From: Scyliorhinus canicula
Lineage: Eukaryota
Length of the DNA stretch: 64,000 bases
Reading direction: 5' to 3'
Assembly (NCBI RefSeq): GCF_902713615.1
Contig: NC_052171.1
Span: 1,426,001-1,490,000 of the forward strand
In this document: piece after piece, positions 57,301 to 64,000 of the stretch
Layout of the letters: each line of letters starts with the position of its first letter
Position numbering within the stretch: position 1 is the first letter of the stretch
Notes under the pieces: model-generated
The model's input: only the letters and a program-made list of their open reading frames with translations
Databases searched by the model: none
What the model was told of the DNA's origin: nothing
Made by a program: the position numbers and the translations under genes

Positions 57301-60300
57301 ATCCACCCAACTGGCTTGAACTTTAAGCACTCTTCCCCTGCAACAGGACCCATTGATTGTGAGGGAGCAATTTTACAGCAGGTTCATTCTGTGTTTCAAG
57401 CCCATCTCAGTTTCACACATCTTGGTTGAATGCTCAGATTGTTAAGACTGGCATATTGCTGCTTGCCCCTCCTCTGGCTGCACTTCCAAACAGAGTCTTG
57501 GAAGGAAATCTCACAGTCCACGTAGGAGAAGGTCTTTAGTTCTGTGTGTGCCCCCAAGAGAAGACTGGAGGGACTGATCTGACAGGCGTCTTCAAGACTA
57601 TGAAAGGGCATCTGTGGAGAATACTTTTCTGTTGGCCAGTAAAAGCAAAACCAGGGGGCATCAATAAATCCAATGGAGAATTCAGGAGAAACGTCCTTCC
57701 CCAGGGAGTGGTTATTATGTGCAACTTGCAGATGAGTCAAGTATTGCAGCTGCGTTTAAGAGGAAACCAGATAAAGAAGGGAAAGGTAACAGAAGTGTAT
57801 GTTGATGGGGTTAGATGACAAAAGACGGGAGGAGGCATATGTCGAGCATGAACACTGGCACGGACCTGCTGGGCTGAATCGTCTGTTCAATATGTCTCAG
57901 GGCCCCCAAGGCACTGAGATAACCTGAGTTTGGCTAAAGGGCCAGTCTGCTAGCAGGGAATTCCCACGGCTTGCGTTTGGGGTGGGAGGGCGGGGAGTGT
58001 AAAGGAAAGAAACACTTTACCAGGCCACACGTTCTTCCACTCAATTTTGATGAATTTGTCTCGATCACTCCTTGCATGCTCGTGCCAGAAGCCAAGTGAG
58101 TGCATGATCTCATGTTCAACAACCCCCTTCCCCTTCTTCAGGCACTGGTGATTGAGTGAGATTAGCTGCATCCCTCCAATGCGGCCCACGGACGAGTAAC
58201 ACCTGAGAGAGACACAGAAACATGGCCATTCAAATCATTCACAAATTGTAACTTGCCGCAACGCTCCGTGAACAAACTGAAGGTTTACGGCCACGAGCAA
58301 ATGAGAAAGACCCGGAAACCGAATGGAGCAGTCACTCAGACATTCTCACTGAAAGATGAACACCACACAAAACAAATTCAAGTGCCGCTCCAGCAACGTG
58401 AACATGTAACCCAGGCTGACACCCCGATGCAGTGGTGAAGGGGTGCTGTACTGTTGAAGGTGCTATCTTTCAAATTAGACATTAAACTACTGGACGTAAA
58501 CAATCCCACGGCATCGTTTGGAGGAAAGCAGGAGAATTCCTCTCATGTCTCATGACACGAGGAAACAGAGTCTGGAAATGCCACATTCCTTGCTACCTTT
58601 GGCCAGTCACTTGTGTTCCTGGGGAACGTTACCAGTGTACTGGAAGCATCACCCAGCTCAACTGCAATCAGCAGGCAACCATGACACAGAGAGAACCATG
58701 ACACAGAGGGCAGCAGGGTAGCATGGTGGTTAGCATAAATGCTTCACAGCTCCAGGGTCCCAGGTTCGATTCCCGGCTGGGTCACTGTCTGTGTGGAGTC
58801 TGCACGTCCTCCCCCTGTGTGCGTGGGTTTCCTCCGGGTGCTCCGGTTTCCTCCCACAGTCCAAAGATGTGCGGGTTAGGTGGATTGGCCATGATAAATT
58901 GCCTGTAGTGTCCTAATAAAAGTAAGGTTAAGGGGGGGTTGTTGGGTTACGGGTATAGTGTGGATACGTGGGTTTGAGTAGGGTGATCATGGCTCGGCAC
59001 AACATTGAGGGCCGAAGGGCCTGTTCTGTGCTGTACTGTTCTATGTTCTAACACGGATCAGGGCCACTGCACCATGGCCTCCACAATTTGTACATACCCG
59101 TGGATGGGCTGAATGGAAATGAAGTCCTCCTCATCACTGTGAGGGGCAAACCGTACACAGGTGAACTTCTCAAAGTCCTTGAAACCTCGGCTGATGGAGC
59201 TCCTGGTCTCCTCATCTGGAGAAGAAGAATATTAGGTTTTGTTAATGAAGTAAAAACCTGAACTCAAAACAGAAAATGGAAATGCACTGCAGGACAGTCA
59301 ACATCTACAAAGTGTGAAAATGAAAAAGACAAGTTGCTACTTTTGTGTAGATTTCCTGCATGCTCCTCTCTCTGGCAAATGTTGATGAACCTTGCCTGTA
59401 TTCCTATTGTGCTTTGAATGCTTTTTCACATTTAGAATTACGGGATGTTAAAAACATAAGAAATAGGATCAGGAAAGACCATAGGACCTGCTGAACCTGC
59501 TTGAGTTTGTCTTTAACTCCACTTTGCTGCCCCCTCCCCATATCCCTTCATTCTCAAAGAATGACACAGAATTGTTATTGTGCAGAAGGAGGCCATTTGA
59601 TCCACAGAGTCTGCTCCGCCGTTCAATCATGACTGATATGTTCCTCAGATCCATTTTCCTGCCTTCTCCCCATAATCCCTGATCCCCTTATTAATCAAGA
59701 AATTCCCTCATGAATCTAGAACACCAGACTTGTGTTTGAGGGGCTGTTCCCTCCAGGGTCCCAGACCAAGAGCTGGAAGGTGGAATTAGACACAATAGTT
59801 CTTTCTAGGAACGTAAGAAGTAGGAGCAGGAGTGGGCCATATAGCCTCTCGAGCCTGCTCCACCATTCAATATGACCATGGCTGATCTCATCCTGGCCTC
59901 AATCCCACCGTCCTGCCCGTTCTCCGTAACCCTTTAACCCAGTACTAATTAAAAATCTGTCTAACTCCTCCTTCAATTTACTCACTGTCCCAGCATCCAC
60001 TGCACACTGGAGTAGTGTCCATTCCATGCCTGCTTTATCCACACCTTTTATCAGGTTATATACCTCAACTTGATCTCCCCTCATTATTCCAGCCAGTGCA
60101 TTCATTCCAGACCCCAACCACTCGTAGTGTGAAAAAGTTCCTTCTCACGTCACACTCATTTCTTTGCAAATTACTTTAAATCTGTGCGGCAAATGCTTCT
60201 CCCCAACTACTCTGTGCAGCCCCCTCATGATTTTGAACATCTCTATCAAATCTCCTGTTCCTCTCGCCAAGGCGAACAGTCCCAATATATGCAATCGATC

Positions 60301-63300
60301 CTAGTTTCTCAACCCTGGATCCGTTCTTGTAAACTACTTTTGCACTCTCTCCAATATGCTCCCATCCTTCCGAGTGTGGAACCAAGAACTGGACACAATA
60401 TTCCAGCTGAGGTCCAATTAGTGTCTTGTATAAATTCATCTCTTGCTCATGCCCCAATGAATTAAGCCCAGAGTACTCTCTGCTTTATTAACTGCTCTCT
60501 CCACCTGTCCTGCCATCTTCAATGATCTGTGCAGTTATACGTCCAGGCTCCAGCACCCTGACTAAAAATCCATCGCAGCCTTAAACAATCCAAATACCCT
60601 CAGGGTAGACAACTCAACCTCCTTAGGGGAGACAACTCCAAAGATGGACAACTCTTTGAATGAAGAGGTTTCCCCCAATCTCAGTCCCCTCTTTCCTGAG
60701 ATTATGCCCCGTGTCTAGATTCCCCAGATGGAAGAAACATCCTTCCAGTGTCTATCCTGTCAAGTTTCTATATATCACCTCTCATTCTTCTGAACTCCAG
60801 AGACTCAATTTACTCAACCTCTCATCAAAGGACAGCCTTCTCATCCCGGGAACCAATCTAGTGAACCTTAGTTACACTGGCTCCAATGCAAGTATATCCT
60901 TCAGAAAAACGGAGACCAAGATTCTGTGCATTAGCACAGCTTGGTCTCAGCAATACTTTTATCCTTCTTCTCCAATCCCCTTGCAATAAAGGCCCTCCCA
61001 ATTGCTTGCTATATTGCATGCCAACTTTGTGTTCCTTGTATGAACACACCCATATCCCTCTGAAAATCAACATTTGCAAGTTTCACAACTTTTAAAAAAT
61101 ACTGTAATTTCCTATTGTTCCAAACAAAGTGAACGATTATACTCCATCTGCCACCTTGTTGCCCAATCACTGAACCTGTCCAGAATATTTCCAACATCTT
61201 TGTGTCCTCCTCACAGGTTGCATTCCCACTTAGCTATGCATCATCAGCAGACTTAGGGGCATTATTCGGTCTCTTCGTCTCCAACATTCAGATAGATTGC
61301 AAGTAGCTGAGGCCCCAGCACTGATGCTTGTAGAACACCACTAGTTCTAGCCCGCCAAGTAGAAAATGTCCTTCTTCCTCTATGTCCAGTCCGTCAACCA
61401 ATCCTCTACCCCTGTCAAGAGATTCCCCCTAACTCCAGGAGTCCTTATCTTGTGTATCAACCTTTGGTGCGGCACCTTATCTAACACCTTCTAAACATTT
61501 AGTATACTACATCAGCTGGTTACCCTTCATTTGGTCCACACATTACTTGTTCAAAAAACCCAACTAAATTTGTCAAAGATTTTTAAAATTATGTTGACTT
61601 TGACAGTCCTTCACGTTTCTGAGTGCATTTTAAGTGAAGTCTTTCTTCATGGCAAATTCCAGTACTTAGCCAAGACCAGAGGTAGTTTGCTGTTTTCTCT
61701 CACTCCCTCCTGTATTAATCTAGCTGTTCCTTCGTAAACTAGCAGGTGCTATTTACAGAACACTGAAATACAAGCTTATGGTTGGGGTGAAGTACAAAGA
61801 CGGAACATCAGCATCTCACCACCCAGAAAGACAATTCACAATGTGACCCCGATGTGGAATCAGAGTCACAATCCCAAACAGTTTGTATGTGCCCTCGAAC
61901 ATGAAATCTGACTATTTCTAACCCCAGGTTCTCACTCAACACTTACCGTACTTCTGAGATATTTCGTATGGAATTCTCACCACCCCATCTGGCGATTTCT
62001 GCCATATCTTGGTTTCAGACACTACAGCATTCTTCCACAGCTGATTGGAAGGGCAAAAGAGAGAGCAAGTTGCAGTCACCCAGCATCCCGCCCAACATAC
62101 AACAAGCATTGACAATGAACCAGAGATTTCAGTTTTAAACCAATGTGTCTATCTCGGAGCTAGAAAAATATCGGATCACCAAGGAATCAACTCAAGTGCA
62201 GCTTTTAGGTCACCATCAATATGGAATGGAGCAATCAAACTAAAACATGCAAATTGAAGCATAAAATTCGACAATGAAAAGACAACTAATTCAACATGTT
62301 TGTGATCATTGTCTACAAGGCACTCTGTATGTTGCTGTGCCCAAGGGTCATGCAAGGCTGAATGCTCCCTTCCCAGCGTCACGGTGGCATGGACATGATC
62401 ACAAACGAAAGGCCAGGGAACTAGAGGTACCCCCTCCACCCCCATGGCATCCCCTCCATGCCCCATTTCTAACCACTCCCCCAATCTTGGGCATGACTAG
62501 TCCACACCTGTTCTGACCCAGTCCAGGAGCAGATCCATGAGAAGTCACGAGAAGATCCCCCAACCGACCCAACCCTCCACTTTCCATGCCTTAAGACCAC
62601 AAGATATAGGAGCAGAATTAGGCCATCACCCCACCTCCTCCCCCCGCCAATATCTAAGCGATGTGGGGCAGTGGAGCATCACACATACATCTGGAAAAAG
62701 GACAGGGTCACGCTGGAAAGGAACTTACAGGTTTGATAATGTCCCCTTCGATGAGGAAGCTCCTCCAGGGCTTTTCATATCGAAAGATACCTATAAACCA
62801 GGAGAGAAAATGGGAGCAGTTTTATCTGACAGCCCAGGATGATGTCGAGTATTCAGAAGATAAATAAATCAACACAAAGCAATTTACAACACAGTGACCA
62901 CTTAAACATTTGCAGCAAGGAGTTGATTTTAAATTGCTGCAACAAGTACTCACGGAGTGGGTAACTTTCTGAAGAACAGTTCCATTTTTGGTGGCTGGGC
63001 TAGGGTAGGGCTCCAGATTTCCAGTCAGGAAACTCAATTTCCAGATGCAGGCAAGTATTCACATTCAGTCCTTCAGCCATCAATAGCGGTGGCAAAAGAG
63101 TAGCTTACCCCCACTGACAGTGAAATAAACAGAGGTGTTAACTCAGAAACTTACGCTGGTTAATCCTGACAATTGCATCCTCTGCTGTAAGGGTAGTCTT
63201 GGTTTGAACAGTATCCAGACGAAGGCTGCTGACTTGTTTCTTAACCTCGGTCTGTCTGACTGCTGCAGTATTAACAGAGACAGTTGTTACAACGGAGCGA

Positions 63301-63313
63301 TTGGAATATCTTG
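36239..63313 (-). CDS. ASTL: Ovastacin-like astacin metalloprotease with giant mucin-like domain and C-terminal MAM domain (at least 11 exons, 6,548 nt reconstructed, 5' end incomplete)
   Basis: Propeptide FLIEGDI, zinc motif [25 protein letters not shown]...VN.LY.C, MAM motifs; all introns GT-AG and in phase. The symbol reflects recalled similarity to ovastacin; orthology unproven. Confidence 0.8.
36750..37216 (+). mobile_element. Penelope-like element, 5' part
   Basis: Ends in [12 protein letters not shown], matching the PLE RT motif YGLPKxHK; continues at 43414. Confidence 0.7.
37217..43413 (+). mobile_element. Near full-length young L1/Tx1-clade LINE, antisense in the last intron; ORF1 37891-38709 (premature TAG at 38605), ORF2 39348-43139 (few stops and frameshifts)
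   Basis: Endonuclease TWNVRGL, LQETH, GGDFN, SDH; RT YADD; CVRC..H..C; AATAAA at 43391; target-site duplication ACACAAAAAC at 37207-37216 and 43414-43423. Confidence 0.95.
43414..44555 (+). mobile_element. Penelope-like element, 3' part (decayed RT)
   Basis: [59 protein letters not shown]. Confidence 0.75.
44557..45330. mobile_element. Possible Harbinger-derived relic
   Basis: Begins GGCCGGGATATTC like the 30914 element end; faint transposase-like fragments. Confidence 0.3.
45681..45811 (-). CDS. Astacin-MAM gene, MAM exon
   Basis: [36 protein letters not shown]...YQ; ttgcag/gtgagt. Confidence 0.93.
46190..46372 (-). mobile_element. HE1-type SINE
   Basis: Head and core recognisable. Confidence 0.7.
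46519..46644 (-). CDS. Astacin-MAM gene, MAM exon
   Basis: [23 protein letters not shown]...[14 protein letters not shown]; ttacag/gtgagt. Confidence 0.94.
47941..53217 (-). CDS. Giant 5,277-nt exon: spacer, PTS/mucin repeats and MAM N-terminus
   Basis: Stop-free ORF; ccctag acceptor and G/gtgaga donor, phase 1-1, matching both neighbours; ends in [10 protein letters not shown]...DDFDW...GTGPKWDHT. Confidence 0.88.
48330..51355 (-). repeat. Coding tandem repeat, 30-bp unit with 15-bp half units, TPPADTP(R/Q/W)A(Y/S/F), about 100 copies
   Basis: Direct reading of sequence and translation. Confidence 0.97.
51590..51860 (-). repeat. Second coding 30-bp repeat PT(D/H)PEGTLLA, about 9 copies
   Basis: Direct reading of sequence and translation. 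Confidence 0.95.
53449..53996 (+). mobile_element. Short HE1-type SINE (53449-53680), CR1 tail fragment and second-family SINE (53829-53996)
   Basis: Match to copies elsewhere in the window. Confidence 0.75.
54255..54835 (+). mobile_element. CR1/L2-superfamily LINE 3' relic
   Basis: [23 protein letters not shown]. Confidence 0.65.
56186..56346 (-). CDS. Astacin domain C-terminal exon
   Basis: [13 protein letters not shown]...[20 protein letters not shown]; ttgtag/gtaagg. Confidence 0.94.
57072..57153 (-). CDS. Astacin Met-turn exon
   Basis: [28 protein letters not shown]; tttcag/gtgagt. Confidence 0.95.
58021..58202 (-). CDS. Astacin zinc-binding exon
   Basis: [16 protein letters not shown]...[19 protein letters not shown]; tctcag/gtaaag. 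Confidence 0.97.
58708..59050 (+). mobile_element. Young full-length HE1-type SINE
   Basis: Near-identical to 17601-17953. Confidence 0.9.
59098..59215 (-). CDS. Astacin domain exon
   Basis: [40 protein letters not shown]; ctccag/gtatgt. Confidence 0.95.
59450..61720 (-). mobile_element. Cluster of CR1 LINE fragments
   Basis: [43 protein letters not shown]1 tails. Confidence 0.75.
61947..62040 (-). CDS. Propeptide/mature junction exon
   Basis: LWK|[28 protein letters not shown]; aatcag/gtaagt. Confidence 0.93.
62729..62790 (-). CDS. Propeptide exon with aspartate switch
   Basis: [20 protein letters not shown]; ttatag/gtaagt. Confidence 0.92.
63155..63313 (-). CDS. Propeptide exon
   Basis: ...[11 protein letters not shown]; cttcag/gtaagt; phase 1-1 fits the next exon. 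Confidence 0.75.
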
Positions 63314-63561
63314 CTGAAGCAACAAAGTGAAAAACAGCCACTACCTCTCAGTGCAAGTGCCAAGGTGAGAAATAGGAATTGCCACACTCTTCCGCCCATG
63401 ACTGAGGAGAAATCTCAAAAGCTGCCAGAAATGGTTCCTGGAAACATCAGGAGGGAATAAAGAATGATTAACATGGGAACTAATCACTCATGTTGGCATT
63501 CGAAACATGTCTGAAAGGTCGGATCAAATGCAACTTGCAATTTGATCAAAGCCATTCTCAC

Positions 63562-63671
63562 CTGTTAACCACGAACTGAAGCAGTGTCTTTTTAACTCTT
63601 TCAGGGTTCGATTTGCTCCAGATGGCTGGCAACTCCTGCACTTTACTGGGCTACATGCAAAAAAAACCCAG
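63562..63671 (-). CDS. Candidate upstream exon (end of signal peptide?)
   Basis: ttatttcaaacag acceptor and CAG/gtgaga phase-1 donor; WVFFACSPVKC...; no recognised homology. Confidence 0.35.
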
Positions 63672-64000
63672 CTGTTTGAAATAAGACAACATAAATGACA
63701 CGCATCCACCCTTGCTCCTTACGGGCTCAGCGTGTGCCCACTTTGTGCAACTTTACTCCCTCAGTTCACGGGATGGTAAAACCCAATGGAGTCCGAGCAG
63801 AGGTGTGTGCAGAATGCGTGCACGCTAGCCTCCAGTGCTGAGTTGCAGTGAGTAAGATTGAATCTACTTTTGAGACGAGGCGGAGGCAGAAGAGCAAAGA
63901 GTCCTAATCTAAAATATGTGCTGAATGTGCTATGTTTTGTGAAATGATTGTACTGTATCTCTGTGTTGACCCAATTTATCGAAAGCATTTAAAAAATGAG

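Noticed and set aside
36239-63313. Calling the protease meprin A or a hatching enzyme
   Set aside because: No TRAF, EGF, transmembrane or CUB exons; stop follows MAM; only four catalytic-domain Cys.

Overview
Eukaryotic (vertebrate) genomic DNA, very probably from a shark or other elasmobranch, judged from the dense HE1/V-SINE-type SINEs plus CR1, L1/Tx1, Rex-Babar and Penelope relics. Two spliced protein-coding genes were reconstructed by hand, both on the minus strand. (1) A complete 14-exon DDX56 DEAD-box helicase gene: ATG at 24780, stop at 8220, 550 aa, all introns GT-AG and in phase. (2) An unusual astacin metalloprotease gene of at least 11 coding exons (63313 to 36239, about 2,180 aa, N-terminus unresolved). 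Its propeptide and catalytic domain closely resemble ovastacin (ASTL). These are followed by a single 5,277-nt exon encoding about 1,700 aa of Pro/Thr-rich mucin-like tandem repeats, then a C-terminal MAM domain carrying the meprin-type GQC cysteine. The Met-turn reads SILHY rather than SxMHY. Other highlights: a near full-length L1 with three stacked 5' modules inserted into a Penelope element, a nested CR1>L1>MITE/SINE cluster, SINEs with swappable 3' tails, minisatellites next to DDX56 splice sites, and an orphan CpG-island promoter at about 5 kb. Repeat-family names and comparisons with human proteins are from memory and need database confirmation. Repeat boundaries are approximate.
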